The notes under the pieces: generated by a model
Told to the model about the DNA's origin: nothing
Databases searched by the model: none
The model's input: the letters and a program-made list of their open reading frames with translations, nothing else
Source of the DNA: Hydrolagus affinis
Taxonomy: Eukaryota
DNA: 64,000 nucleotides
NCBI GenBank assembly: GCA_012026655.1
Contig: JAAILG010001545.1
Coordinates: 1 to 64,000 of the forward strand
Reading direction: 5' to 3'
Position numbers and translations under genes: made by a program
Shown here: piece by piece, positions 1 through 13,790 of the stretch
Numbering within the stretch: position 1 is the stretch's first letter
Layout: each line of letters starts with the position of its first letter

Positions 1-185
1 GGGTATTTACGGTAGTTTTAACAATAAGTACCAATACAATATTATGTTATTATTTATGCATTTACAAACGCTCCACTACCATTGTTCTGGATAAGTTCCG
101 GTTTATCGAATGGGGACTTTTTTTTGGTGTGCCGGTTATATGGAAGTGCCGGTGCATCGAGTCACGGATAAACGGGCTTCTACTG
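1..185. mobile_element. Right end of a TcMar-Tigger/pogo-like non-autonomous DNA transposon, truncated by the window edge
   Basis: Ends CGGATAAACGGGCTTCTACTG followed by TA at 186-187. The reverse complement CAGTAGAAGCCCGTTTATCCG has the CAGT start typical of Tigger TIRs. CpG-rich with repeated CCGG subterminal motifs. Confidence 0.7.
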
Positions 186-2832
186 TATTAATAAATGTTT
201 GCATTTGGAGGTGTCTCAAAGAAACACTTTAGGTGTAGTGTAAAGTGTAGTGAGTGTGTATTTAGGAAAATGAACGATGGCCTCTCTCCTCCTTGCTATC
301 ATTTCTGTGATTTTATGACCTTAAACAGAAGAAGTCACATTCAGTGTGGGGATGTGTCAGACACTGACCCCAGTACTCTGATCCTCAGCCCCAATCTTGC
401 TTACTAATGTACTGCTACCATTATTGCAATATGCATGCAGTGACCAAGGTCGCTAACATGCTGTAATAATCTCCCTGCCTTACTTAAGCACATCAGTGCA
501 CAGGCAATTCCATTTGGACCTGGTCCCTGGCAAACACACAGTCTTGACATGAGTCCCAGCTCTGAAACAAAGGCGTTTTTTTTAAGCTTTGTAGTTGTTA
601 AAAATCAGTGACTCGACCCAAGATTATTTTCAGATACTTGGCTGAATCTTTGAAAGAAACATACCTGTGAGCGGCTGCAGGTCAGAATGTAATGCTTTCC
701 ATTTTGCCTTGCCAGGGCTGGATTGAAGTGACCTTTCATCAGCTTTGGCACACCTGTTAATGCTAGTCTCAAGATTTAATGCTTTTAACAGTAATTCTTA
801 TGAATGGCAAAGTTCCGCAGAACACAGAACACTTTGCCGGTCGGTGCTTGACATTTTATTTTTTACGTTACAAAAAAAGTAGAATAGAAACAAAGAAGCA
901 CTTCCAATTGCGTTTGATGTGTTGCGTGTGCGTGTTTAAGGTATGTACCATGAAAGGAAATGGAAGGAGACCGATACAAGGAGATAGATAGCTTTCCTCT
1001 GGAATCAGTTGCCATAGCAATGCAAACAAAGCAAATGATGAGGTAATAGCTTGTGATCGGGAGGCGGGAAAATGCGTGGACTCTTAATGGTGACTTTTCA
1101 CCAGGCAGAGAGCGGCCGGTGCCCTCCATCTTTTTTTTCTTTCTCTCGCTTCTAATCTGATTATTCAGTTTATGACTTTGGGAAAAGTGGGAAATGCGCT
1201 CACACAGCATGCGTTCACCTTTTGGACCTCTTTGATTAGCCACCCATGTCTTTACATTACCATTTCCTTTTCTGAGAGGATTTACGAGTGAGTTCTCAAG
1301 CTATTCTCTTTCAGGTACATTTGAGGGATTATTGCAAAATAGTTTCACACCTTTCGTTTGGGGGCAGAGAAAGGGGGATCGGGGAACAATTTCCTTATAA
1401 CTTCCAGGAAAGCATTGAATTGAATTCTGTCGTTGCCCTTTCACTTTGAGATTAACTTTTTTTTTGTTTTTTTTAAGAGGCCTTTGTGAAGGATAGACTT
1501 TAAGAGGCATTTTGTGAAGCTGGCTTTTGTGTGCGTTGCCCAGTCACTGGGATCACTTTTTCACCAGCTTTGCTGGAGGAGAAGAAAAAAAAGCCTCCCT
1601 CCTGCTAAAGGATGAAAGCTCGAGACTAATCTGCTTCTATCTGGAAAATTGGAGAGCCAGGGGTTGCAGTCATGAGGTCACATCCCTTATGTAAACTGTC
1701 AGATTCTTTTTACATTAATAACATATCACATAAATACCCTCGGTAGACTTGTCAGAACTGTTGCTAAGAATGCAAAGCCCCAAACAATCACAAGCTCCCC
1801 ATCAAAAATGATGGCTTCTATTATAGGAGAATAAAATGTGTCTCTTCTGTCTATATGGGACTTATTCTCCTTTGGGAACCAGCAGGAAGAGAGATACTGA
1901 GTTGATGCAACAAAGCCTTCTGACCACTGTGGCAGGAGGTGTCCATTGCATGAACTCATACTTGTCTTTTGCCATTCTATTTATCCACTGATTCCTAAAC
2001 GTTCCACTTTTCCCTCACTCTTTGAAGTCATTAGGTGGGAAACAAGAGAGGGATTAAATCCCCTGGGGTTGTCGGTTCTGCATGAGGCAGATAGCATGCT
2101 CTCCAGTGTGACTGGACTTGGGGTATTTGCTCAGGAAGCTAGCCGTGGATGGCAGCTGGGCAATGATAAAGCAAGGGATTCCTGTCTGAATGCAGAAAGA
2201 TCAAAGATCCACCGTCGGGGTCTGCACTCAATGTGCTCTTTAGATGGGACAGTTTGTCATGAGAGAGGATGGACTCGACTGAAATAACTTGCCTGCTCTT
2301 TTTTTTAAAAAGCGACTCCCAATTGATAATGGTGAGAATGTATTAGTAGCCGTGGTTATTGTCCCATGACATGGGGGTTGTCCATCAAGTCTTCAGAGTG
2401 AGGCAAGTAGACGGATTCCAGAACAATATCTTATACTTAATTGTGCATCTGATGAATAGATAGCCAAAGAAAGAGTAGGAAAAAATAAACTAGCTTCTTG
2501 TGTCAGTCACTGCATTTAGTCCTGTTTAGGCTGCGCTGCTTAGTGTTATAATTGCATTACCTCTATGTACAGCTTGCCCAGATTATACGCCTTATTGCTG
2601 GGGAAGCTGGAACAGCTGGGTTCCACATGCGATCCCACTCTAGTCTTCCCGGTGTCCTTTTGATCAGTGGTTTGTGTCTGCACCACTGTCGCACCTGTTA
2701 ACTCTTCCACTGGCAAAAAAGTTTTTATCAGAATGAAACAGCAAATACTTGTTCATAATCTCATAATACTTCCTTAAATTATATCATTTTCCTGTTTATT
2801 GGCTGTTTTTTTGGCTGTTTATTGAATTCTCA

Positions 2833-3067
2833 TTGCCAAGCCTGATTCTGTCCACACGCACACATTGGCCAAGGTCAGTGACTGGTGAGCGAGGCAGGAA
2901 CCTGGCAGATTTTTTTCTTCCGCAAGCCTGTATAGTGCACCCCTTGCCTCCTTGGGCTGAGATCATCGAATTCAGGGCAGACCAGAGAATTGAACTTGGG
3001 ACTTTCCTTGGGTCTATAAGGCTCAGTTGCCCAATGCATTAATTTGCTGAGCTGAGCTATCGAGGAC
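2833..3067 (-). mobile_element. Old tRNA-derived SINE; same family as 16085-16388 and 48250-48620
   Basis: Minus strand begins GTCCTCGATAGCTCAG (box A-like) then GTTCAATTC (box B-like). Shares the GCCAAGCCTGAT body motif with the other two copies. Confidence 0.65.
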
Positions 3068-3103
3068 GTTCAGTCAGAGTATTCAGTGTTCGGAGTGTAC
3101 TTG

Positions 3104-3290
3104 TAATAATAAATAATAATCCTTACATTTGATATAGTGCTTTTCACATCTTATTGATGTCCGAAAGCGCTTTGAGCATATACTGTAAAGTGAATTGACT
3201 GTATATTTGTAGGTAAAACGTGGCAGCCAATTGCGCACAGCAGCGTCTGTCGTGGATTGAAATGACCAATTTTTATAATTATGTTTTTTT
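3104..3290 (-). mobile_element. 3' half of the abundant tRNA-SINE with an L2-type tail (SINE2-1_CM-like)
   Basis: Reverse complement matches the 3' half of the full copy at 54601-54912 (GTGCGCAATTGGCTGCC, GTCAATTCACTTTACAGTAT, AAAAGCACTATATCAAATGTAAGGATTATTATT). Confidence 0.9.
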
Positions 3291-5686
3291 TGTACCAGGA
3301 GGAGTCTTAACAAATGGTTAAGATAACACTTTGATTTGCTAATTCTTTCTCCTTTATTAAAGCAGCAGCTTGTACATCAAAAACCAATTGGTAAACAAAG
3401 GGCTTGGGGTAGATAAACAGCCAGAGCCATCTCTATTATTTGAAAGATAAAATGCCATGTGTGAATGATGCACTGATATCTTCAGGCACTGTTCAAATCA
3501 ATGTAGTTTGGCTGAAACTAAAATTTGTTGGATTATTTTCCATGATGTCAGAGCCCCTTTGATTCAGGACGACTCATCCAGCTGCGAGGTATGGTCGATA
3601 AGCATCTCCATTGCTGCTCTACAGGCTGCTCTTTGGCGGTCTGATGGATGTGCTTGCCACGATTGCAAAAAGATTCAAGATGTGTCTTTCTTTCCAAGCC
3701 GAGCAGTCACGCCTGCAGGCTCATTACAAATGTATCCAACAGTCATACTGACAACTCACCAGACCCGCTGCCAATAGAGAGGCAAAGCAGCCAAAGTGAT
3801 AGGCAGTCTTGAGACCCAACTTGGTTACTATCCAGTTGAGCCACCGCTTTGATGAAGGGCTTCATTGGGCTACATGAACAAGTAACCAAGAACTGGGTGG
3901 TGCAGTGGCGTTGACCATTCACTGTTCACCTCTGACATTTGGGTTTGAATGAGGCCTGGATTATTTGAATGAGAGCCTCCTCTTTCTCCCAAGTGTATAA
4001 GGATCTGAAATGAGATGAAGTAAAGCTTGGGTACCCTTGATCTGGTTCCCGCTGGGCACGGACCCTCATCACAGAGTTGGCTCAAGTTAGAACTTGTAAT
4101 GAACATTGAATTGCAATTTTCACTCAGAAGAGACCGCAGGCCTGGCTAAATGGGAATACAAATGTATCCTGGTGCCTTGGAGTGTTGCTGGTCTGAGCTT
4201 GTGGTTTTGTATATTTATAAAAAGGCAAAGGAGGTGTTGTATGCTGCTTGCTGTGTGTGTGACCTGAGAGGCTGGATGCTGACATTGGGTACTAAATATG
4301 TGAAAATATTCAGTCCCAGCACTTAATGCACTTACTTGATGGTGAGATCAAACACAAACCAATTAGAAAATCGTTATTAAAAATTACCACTCAAGAGGCC
4401 TATTTCTGGCCACGGCAGAAAGTGTAAACCTCTTGATAGACTGGAGAGAACAGGGTATGTTTGTTGTTTTATTATTGTGTTGTGTGTTCTCCCAAAGTTT
4501 GGGAAGGGGGTCAGTGGACAGATCAAGATGCCCCCAGACAAGGGATGGCCAGATAGAGGGAGTTAATGGTGGTGGGATTCAGTTTGTGACACTGAAGGGC
4601 AGAACGAAGCAGTGTGGAAACTCATTGAGGCAGATTTAGGGCAGAAGACTGCCCCCGGTGTTGTTACATGAGGTCATGTTCTCAAAGGGTATAAATGGCG
4701 CTGACATCATAGAGGGAACTTCACATGGAGACCATGGCACTTTTTTACCTGCTTTTTTTTACCTTTTTTAGCCTGCTGCTATTGAAGAGATTGCAGCACA
4801 CTTGCTGCGGAAGTGCTGTCACCAATGGCAACAGCCTAGGTTCTTTCAGGCTCTGTCTATCGAGTTTGCATTCCCCATGGCTCCCAGCGGGGTGACAGTG
4901 CCCCCCCCTTTTAAGCATGCATTCCTGATACTTCATGACAAATGAGTTACAGGAACGAGCTCAACCTGGTCAAATGCCATCCTTTGAACTTGGGGACGAT
5001 CTGAGTGATTCTGCAGATGTTCCAGATGTGTCTTACGTCCTCTCAGGGCACAGTCAGGAACTGTCATGCAATCCAACCAATGAGTTTTCACTCATTTTAA
5101 AGCCTTTTACTCTTTACGGCGCAACTCTAATTGTGTCCCGGCAGATTTCGGCATGGTATTTAGCCAGCTAACATTTATCAGCGTGAGGTTCCAGCATCAG
5201 TATTCGAAACACAGAACTAAAATTCAAACAACACCTGCCTCAAGTCTGGGTCATTTTTCACGAAGGACTTTCGTGGAGCAATATAGTTTGGAAGAAATGT
5301 AATCTCCGTAACCTGGAACTCAGATGGAAAAGATATAAAAGATTGTTACCTGATCTCCCCAAACATATTCTATTATCTGCGGTAATGCAGCCAATGCCCG
5401 TGTGAAATGTATTTGCACATGTTGATACCAAACTCATTCACACATCACTGGCCAAGCAATCACCCACCTCTCTGAAGCCCTGTTTGCAGTACAGCTTCAA
5501 ACTCACATTTCTTGTAAAGGTCCAGATGATTCAATCAGTTTCCAACTGGAATCCGGGCAGCTTGTTTAACTCTGTTTGTAAGATTTCTCCCCTTCTAGTT
5601 GTTTGACACCAGCTGAAACCTGAAATATCTACTGGTTCTAGTTTTAGCCATGAGATCATTGCCTTAACATTTGAGATTGCATGAGT

Positions 5687-5880
5687 ATTATAATAATCTT
5701 TACATTTTATATAGCGCGTTTCACAGCTGGATGATGTTGCATGGCACTTCACTGGATTTACTGTAAAGTGTACTGACTGTGTACTTTGGTAGGCAAATGA
5801 GGCCGCCAATTTGCACCCAGCAGTGTCCCACAAACAGCCAAGGAGTGAATGACCAATTTTATTTGGGGGATTGTTGGATA
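5687..5880 (-). mobile_element. SINE 3' fragment with L2-type tail
   Basis: TAATAATCTTTACATTTTATATAGCGC, GCCAATTTGCAC and GTGTCCCACAAACAG match the shared SINE 3' region in reverse. Confidence 0.85.
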
Positions 5881-6244
5881 AAAGCTTGCTTCTATTCATG
5901 AAGAGTGTTACATTTTGAGTCAGCCTTTCTTTGAACGTAAATTTGGAAAATCTTTTAATCCAGTTCTTTTAAGAAAAAAATGAGAAAACTGTAAGACAAA
6001 ATGGTCTCAAGGCTGAAACTAATTCAGCTCTCAAATCAAAATCACCTGGGATTATGTGACTACTTGTGTGGCCATTGTAAACACTTAACCTGAAACTCTT
6101 TTACCGATAAAGACAAACAGGGTGGATGTGTCAATCTGGTAATGTAACACCACCTCGACTATGATCTTGATCAGAGCATAAGAAATCAGCAAATGAATAT
6201 TCACTTGTGTTTTGTTCTGATTTCAACGTAATATTGACATAATT

Positions 6245-6402
6245 GTCACTTCAATCCACAACTGTTTGTGGGACACTGCTGTGCGCAATTGGCAGCAATA
6301 TAGAATCAATTCATTTCACAGTTTATTCGGTGAAGCGCTCTGAGATGTCTAGAAGACGTGAACAGCGCTATATCAAATGCAAGGATAATTATTATTTTAT
6401 TA
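6245..6402 (+). mobile_element. SINE 3' fragment (SINE2-1_CM-like)
   Basis: TGTTTGTGGGACACTGCTGTGCGCAATTGGC through GCGCTATATCAAATGCAAGGATAATTATT. Confidence 0.9.
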
Positions 6403-8180
6403 CGATGAGAATTCTTTGGTATGTATGCATGTGGTGTGCGTCTGAGTGAGTGAGCCTGCGATTGCTGTACTGTTGAAGCATACATTTCCCATCATCACTG
6501 GCCCCCGGAGAATGGCAGGCCAGCACCTGTGAAAGGACTGCCCATTCCAGAGCTGGCACCTTTCGGAGAAGGAGGAAAGGAGATGGAAGAGGGGGGAAAA
6601 GTGATTGGAACGATACCAGGAACTGGAACCATTATCTACGTGCAGTTGAAAGCTTTGCCATGTCTTAATTAGAGAGTACAAAGCTTTGAAATAATTACCC
6701 AGAAGACATCACAGTTTACACACATTAATTGACTATGTGCTTGCCAGGACGCTCTTATGTTTCATCAGACAGTGAATGTAAAGCCACTGATGCACGCCAC
6801 CTGCTTTTCCAAGTGTATTAAAACATGGTGTCGATTATGAAATTATTGTTGTTTGACATTTAAAATGGTGCATTAATCACAGTTAATTATATGACATAGT
6901 ACAACACATGCCAGAGGCCAGTTGTGGAACTGGTGTCTGTGGGTGATTTAGAGGCAGAATGAAGTGGTTGGCAGGGGATATTTTGATTGCTGAGTGCTGC
7001 TTGTGCAGAGGAATCGGCATCGAGGAAGTGGGAACATGTTGGGAATTAATGCGGTGAAATCCTGTGTCGGTCCTGTGAGCTAAATTGATTTGAAACTCTG
7101 GGGGGAAGAAAACACCCTGGGCTCTCATTACAGCGATTCTCAAACATCCTCAGTAGTTTTGATAGAAGTTACATGATGGAGTTGATGGTAGTTAGTTATT
7201 AAGAGTGAGGTGGATATAGGAAGGAGAGCTTGATGTTTAATTTTTTCCAAAGCAATGTTTTTTTATTTGCAAAACCTGGATGAGCCAGTTAGACCTGCCT
7301 ATACTTTCCTGGGTTTTGATATTGGACAAAATCTCATCGGGAGTGGAACAGTGAAGCGCTTTCTCCCAGCCAAAGCTGAAAGAAATTCCCACAGTGCGGT
7401 GAGCAGCCTAACCTTTATTTACAGGCCTCAGTGTCTCTCTTCAGCGCTCAGAGATGCTACCCCCGCATGAAGTGTGCAAGATAAATGCAAGTTCTTGTTT
7501 AGAGACTGCTCCAGGCCAGACTGTATGTACATGTTTTCATTTTAAAATCCACTAATTACTTACTCAAGCACCATACGCAAGTGTTCAGTGTTTGTTTCTG
7601 GAGAAGGTCCTATCAGAAATGTGCTTGTGCCCTTTTCTTGGAACTACTGTATAAAAAGGCAAATGTTAGATGGTAGAGAGAATGGCAAGTGTTATTAGAA
7701 TATTTTTTTAAGTGTGTGTTACATATGCTAAATAGAATTGGCTGTGTTTTCACAACCATTGTGTACGCACGGCCTCCAGTCCGCTAGCTTTATGTGAGTG
7801 TCATTTGAATGTCAGCCCGGAGATTTCACTTTGTTACTAAAAAGTATTAACAAGCCAGTAACTACTACCATTATCACTGCTTTTGGAAAAATGAGAAGAG
7901 TTCTGATTTAAATTGCTTGTACATCAACTAAAAGCCAGTTCATTCCTATTATGTTCAAAAAATAGACAGCAGAATGGCACAAATTAATCAAATTGGAGGC
8001 AAGAATAGAAGTTTAGTGCTTGTGAAAACAGGTCTTAAAATGGGGGAGAAGAGCCGTCAAACTGACATAAAAAATGGTTAGTTTATTAAGTCTATGGGAT
8101 TGTGTGTCTTGACCAAGCCTGTGTGCCACCATTGAAAGGGAACAAGGCAGTAGGCTGTGCCTGGAGACATTTTCTCCCCC

Positions 8181-8259
8181 TGATTGATGCCACTGTAGCT
8201 GTGAATGAACTTCTTGCTGAGCTGGAGGTCAGAGGTCTCACTGCAGTGCCAGCTGACAG
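8181..8259 (+). promoter_or_regulatory. Candidate enhancer motif cluster: PBX-HOX, DR1-like nuclear receptor site, MEIS
   Basis: TGATTGAT at 8181-8188, AGGTCAgAGGTCT at 8226-8238 and TGACAG at 8254-8259, in sequence with no recognisable repeat. Motif match only. Confidence 0.35.
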
Positions 8260-9789
8260 GCTTGCTGTGTGATGATGATGCTCTCCTATTCAGAATCGAA
8301 AAGGCAAAACTACATTTCCTCTATCAGATTGCCTAGGAATGCCCTGAACATTCATGAGAAGGCGGCTTTCTCAACAGTAAGACTACCCCACAAAAAGATG
8401 TACTTCACGTTTACTCCTATGGGGTTCCATTCCTAGTATTTCCAGATGTGTTTAGAGAGCAATAACTACCCAATGTCTTTTAGAACAGGTTTTTGAGTTA
8501 AAAGTTGCGGTTGGATTTCTTCAATGGTTCAGACATTCTGAAATGTTCACAATAAAGAAAAAAATAACAACTTGCATTTATGTAGCTCCCTTCATGAGGG
8601 ACAAGGTTTCGTATGCTTAAAAATAACATGAAATGGAAGTGTCTTTAATAGAGGGTAATAAAATACAAGGGTCAGTGAGTATCAATTCAATACTTTGTGC
8701 AAATAATACACCTGTATGTGTGTGGTTTTGACCCCCAATTCTGGTCTCAGTAGCATTCTCCGTGAAGCCTGTTAGATGGAGTTCTGGCTCGGGCATATCC
8801 ATTACTGCTTAGCAAGATGCCAGCTTTTTAGTAAACAAAAAAACTTAAATGGCCCATTTCCCATTAACTGGCAGTCTGGTGCAAACTACAAGTTGAATAT
8901 GGCTGACCTCCCGGCTTTGCTGACATCGTCTTTGAGAACAGATACGTAATGTCTTCAACTGCGTTATTGTACATATGTACATGATATATACCTGAGTAAA
9001 ACACTGTATTAAATGGGTCTGCATTCAGATACATTCAGATTTGTTGCATGCCCTGAATATCAAATGGACCGCTAAATTATTCCCACATTTTTCAGTGACT
9101 GTGAAAAAGAGCAGAAAACTTTTTCTGATGGATTCGGGAAGATGCTTTGTGGAAAATGACTTTGTGTATCTTTGCTCTCTTACTCTGTCCCTTTTGCTGT
9201 TATCGTCTGTTATTAATTGCTGCAAGCAGCAATCTGTCAGTGAAGCAAGTTTGTGGGATTTTAAATGTGCCTGATGTAGTGCTCTGGAATCATGTTTTCT
9301 CCCACGACTCCACACAATAATAGATTGACATAAATGATGACAGAGATACGGGAACACTAGAATGGAAAACAACATAATGGTTTATGTTAATTGTTTATTA
9401 AGGCAATTGCATAAAAGGTGTGTCTTCAGTAGATAATCACTACATTGATATGGAAGTGTTACTTCTTTGTCAAACCAAGTGCATTATTATGTAATATATC
9501 CATGATAATATATACCTCTGTAAAACCTATTAGAGAACCATAGTGCTTTACCGCATTTACCGCTGTAAAGTGAGTGTAACAATATCTATACTGGTTTGTT
9601 ACATGCCTGTCAAACAAGATACATATTGTGGTAAATAATATGCTGTTATAACATTCTGCTTGCTGTTGTTTAGACCTTGCTTAAGTTATGATGTCTTCAC
9701 TCTCTTTGTAATAAAATCATAACAGAGGTTCAGATCATATCCCATTGTATCATATTTTTCCAGAAGAGCCCTAACCGTTACCTTTTTCG

Positions 9790-10010
9790 TATTACAGATT
9801 CAGGCTGTGTCTTAGAGAAGTCCAGTATCTTGGCCTCTGCTACACTTCCAAGTAACCTGTTCCAACTATTGATTCCTCTTTGTGTAAAAAAATACTAGCG
9901 GTGTCTGTCCTAATATTGCCCTTCACAGCCCTGAATCAGCTACCTTGTACTGCCTTGGTGTATCTGAACGTATTATTCTGAGTTTAGTTTCTCTATCAGC
10001 ATTTAATGTA
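9790..10010 (-). mobile_element. Decayed CR1 LINE 3' fragment
   Basis: CTGTTCCAACTATTGATTCCTCTTTGTGTAAAAAA is the antisense of the CR1 ORF2 C-terminal FFTQRxINxWN motif. Confidence 0.6.
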
Positions 10011-12180
10011 CCTCTGAGCTTCTTGCCATCACATTTGACTAATTCCATTACTTGTCCTGCTAGCATCCAACCCCACTGCTATGCAGCTCTCCCTGATGCT
10101 ACCTTGGTTGAAGAGTGTCGAGTTGTTGCTGTTGTCACTGCTTGCTGGGTAAGCACCAAATCCAGACAATTTCAGCGGTTAGACACACTTCCTACACACA
10201 AAATGAATGCTTGCGGGGAGCTTTCCAATGTGAAGGAACATTGGCTATAACCAAACCTTCGCAGGCAGTTAGTTGACTGCAGGAGTTCAGAGGTTTCAAT
10301 TTTCGGCCTGTAAGGGTGAGTCTCCAAAAACGTGTTGGGTTTGGAATACCCGAGGCTCGGTGGTTTGCTGCCTGGGATGCTGGCACCAGTTTAATGATAC
10401 AGTGACTGCCGGTCAAACACTAACCGCTTCAGGTTGCACATGTTAAATAAATGGCTGGCTCGGGTTACCCTCACAACCTTTCAGATTTATTACCTGATAC
10501 GTGAGTACAACACACATGGAGCTATAAGTGCTCAGTCAAAATCCTCACATCGGCTATTGAAGATGTTGAAATGATTAAGATCCCAATTACCTAAAGTCTT
10601 CGTTTAGCTACTTTTTTCTTCCCTTCTTCCTTATTCTCACTTTCAGTTTTAAACAAAATTAGTGCAGCATGCTGGATGATATGTCAAGGAGGAGGCATAT
10701 GTTGTTAAACAAAATAAAATTCTAAAGGAGTTTTTTTTTAAAAGAGTAAAATCATTTGGTGACTAGGTTTCCGTGACGTTGAATAAATGTGGTTTGTTTG
10801 CAATGAGCATGTATTAACTGTTTAAGAACAGGCTCTGAATTCAACTTGGCAATACTGCCTGTATTTTATTTTAGTAAGGCTACAATTCTAAGGAGTTTGC
10901 CACTCACAAATTCTGCACTAAACAATTTGCACTGTCCCATGAGTGGAGCTACTCTCACCAACTGACAAGCACCACGAAGGGAGTTACTATATGAGGAGAT
11001 GAGCATTCAGATAGACAGTTAATATCAGTCTCTTACAAATGCCATCTGATGCCTAGAATGGCTTTGGTGAAGCCCAAACACCCTCGATGCAACATTATTA
11101 CCAATTTAAGCTTCCTATTTACATTTTCTTGTTGTCCATCACTGGAGAGCAAGACAAGAAAAGGGAATGGTGTTTGAGTCATTGCATTGAGAACAAAGAT
11201 ACAAAGAGTCGAAAATCTGCCAAAGGGCACAGATGATGGGGTTCGCTATTTAGAGAATTTTATGACTGCCACTGATCAATGTATTCTGCAGGTTAACCAC
11301 AATTTATGTGAACATTGGAATAGAATCAAATTACTTTGTGAAACATTTTCTTTCACGGACTAACTGATCTGAATCCATGAACAGAAGCCATGAAATAATC
11401 TGATTGATGGTATAAATTGATCAGGAATAGGTTTCTGCATGTTTATTAAGAGTAGCAGCAAACGAAAGTGCAGTGAAGACTGGGTTTTCCTGCACACTTG
11501 CCAATGCTGCATCTGCATTTTTTGGGAGGCTACAAATTGCCCCAATGGCTGGCGTTAAGATCCCACCCTAAGTAACCTGAATGCGGCCAATCTAAATCTT
11601 GCAATGCTCCTCTACAATACAGCTCACTGAAGTAGCCTAGTCCTGAAGTAGGCAATTTTCAGTTGCTATAGAAAAGTGAATATTTGTTAGGGGGGAAACC
11701 ATGCATAACCACCTGGGTCTAGATTTACTCTTATTTTGTTCAAATTTCAGTGCATCCATTATTCAGCAAATTCTTAAATACCATTTTAACTTACAAGCCA
11801 GTTTTCAAAATTAAGACAGTATTTAATTAAGTATTTGCCTATTTATGAATCTCCTGAAGTATTAAGAATATAGAGCAAATCTAGACCTAGATAGAATTTC
11901 TCTCTAGTAGTTTCCTTTACTTCTATATAGTCTGCATGTATCCAGAACAGAAGCTATAGGCTTTTTCAATTGAATTATTTTACTCTGTGAAGGAGAAGAA
12001 TGTAAAACAAGTCTGTGCAAAGGTAGAGAATTGGGAATAGAATAGTTGTCAAGTGGATGAGCCAAAACTAGTTTAGGTTTGATGCACCAAATAGCTTCCT
12101 CCTTAGCTGTTGTTTTATATAATTCTATAATATTCCCTGAATTTTCTTCTGCGGGTTCAAGAAAAATATCATGCCCAATA

Positions 12181-12640
12181 CAAGCGCTCTGAGATGCTGT
12201 CCGGTGTGGAGGGCGCCTTATAAATCTAAGTTGTTGTTGTTACAACCACCAATCACAATTTGCATTTATATAGTGCCTTTCAGGCAGGGTAAAGTGTTGA
12301 GATGCTTTACAAGGATGGGATTAGATACCAAGTAAGTGAGAGGTGGCTACAGGGGTGTTCCAAGAGGTAGGATTTGAGTTGGGACTTAAATACTGAAAGA
12401 GAGCAGATGAGATGAGGGGGAGGGGTTTCCAGATGTTTGGGGACATTAAAACTGAAAGCTCAGACACTGTACTGTGGTGGCTCAGAGAGGGCAGGGGATG
12501 TGCAGCAAGCCTGAGTTAGCATAGGAGTAGGTTAGAAGGAGATCAGAGAGATATAGAGGTGCCAAGAAGTGGATGGATTTATAGGTGTGAGGGTGAGGTC
12601 CTTGAAATCGATCTGCTAGTTCAGCCACTCCACTGATGAT
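12181..12640. mobile_element. Tail-to-tail L2 fragments: + strand tail 12181-12242 and - strand ORF2 end about 12255-12640
   Basis: GGGCGCCTTATAAATCTAAGTTGTTGTTG tail; the minus ORF 12482-12673 reads TYKSIHFLAPLYLSDLL, matching the L2 C-terminal motif. Confidence 0.8.
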
Positions 12641-13609
12641 AATTTTATAGTCACACAGTGTATCAATTCCCACTGTTCATCCACAACAGATTTTCTGAGT
12701 TTATTAAATTCACATTTTGCTCAATATTAATCCCGCTGCCAATGCTCTTCCAAGCTCCTGTACTAATTATTCTATTGTATATCTTAGACAAGATGACACC
12801 CTAGTGTTTGCATGCTTTCTGCCTTGGTATTCTGATGTCTTAGATCAGTGTAATCTGCTTTTGATTTTTTGGATCCAACGTTGTTAATTTTTTTGTAATA
12901 GTAAATATTGACTTGCTATTTACGCATTAGCACCACACCTTATGCAAACGTGGCCTGGCAGTCTGCCCTAGGCTTGCAAAATACACCATCACCTCCCCCA
13001 GTTTTTTTTAAAAAAGGGCTTTAATAAAAGGAGCATCCTATTCCTCCTGTTCACCATCACACACAGACGCACACTGAGCTGTCTTGTCGACTGACATACC
13101 TGGCGATTTTAAATGCTGCTGTTGTAGTGTTGTCACCATACTCATTGTGTGTGCCACAGCTACTGTGATACCTTAACCTGAGTGGCTGATACACTGCTGA
13201 TGGGTTTTGATCTCTTTAGCCTGGTTCCAGTGATATTAGATTCTGCTGATAGTCCTCCTACTGTTCACTTGAAAAATCTATTTTTAAGAACATCTGCAAT
13301 GGTAAAGAAAGGAATGGTGCAGAAATTCCCCTTCGGCACACACACTGCAGTTTATTAAGTCAATAGCAGTAATACCAACTTGCATGTGAAACACCTTTCT
13401 TTCTCCCAAAAGATTGTCTTAAAGCTCTTAACAAATATAATGGCGATCACTGAGGAGGGAGTAATAGGTGTTGAATAAAGACACAGACAAACAGATATGT
13501 TTTTGAAGCCAGGGAGAAAGTTAGCACGGTAAAATGACCTTGAAGGTAATTTCTGCAGAATCGTAGCAATTTTAGTTTCTGTCCTTGCTTTCTGAAAGAG
13601 CTTTCCATT

Positions 13610-13790
13610 TAATCCTATTCTCTTGCCCTTTCCCATTCACTCCCTGCGAGTGCTTTTTAAAAATATTACTCAATTTCCAATATTTATCTAATTTTCTCTT
13701 AAAGCTAATATCGATTCTGACTGAACCACACTTCTAAGTAGGGCATTCCACTTCTTAGCAGCTTTCTCTGTGCAAAGGATGCACACGAGA
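13610..13790 (-). mobile_element. Decayed CR1 LINE 3' fragment
   Basis: TATTTATCTAATTTTCTCTTAAAG and GGGCATTCCACTTCTTAGCAGCTTTCTCTGTG are antisense to the FKxKLD and WNxLP CR1 motifs. Confidence 0.6.

Noticed and set aside
4688-4705. TATAAATGGCG as overlapping TATA and YY1 promoter motifs
   Set aside because: Short motif with no CpG island and no convincing downstream exon.
5190-5202. TCCAGCATCAGT resembling the 5' part of miR-338
   Set aside because: Only 12 nt match; the 3' part differs and no hairpin is evident.
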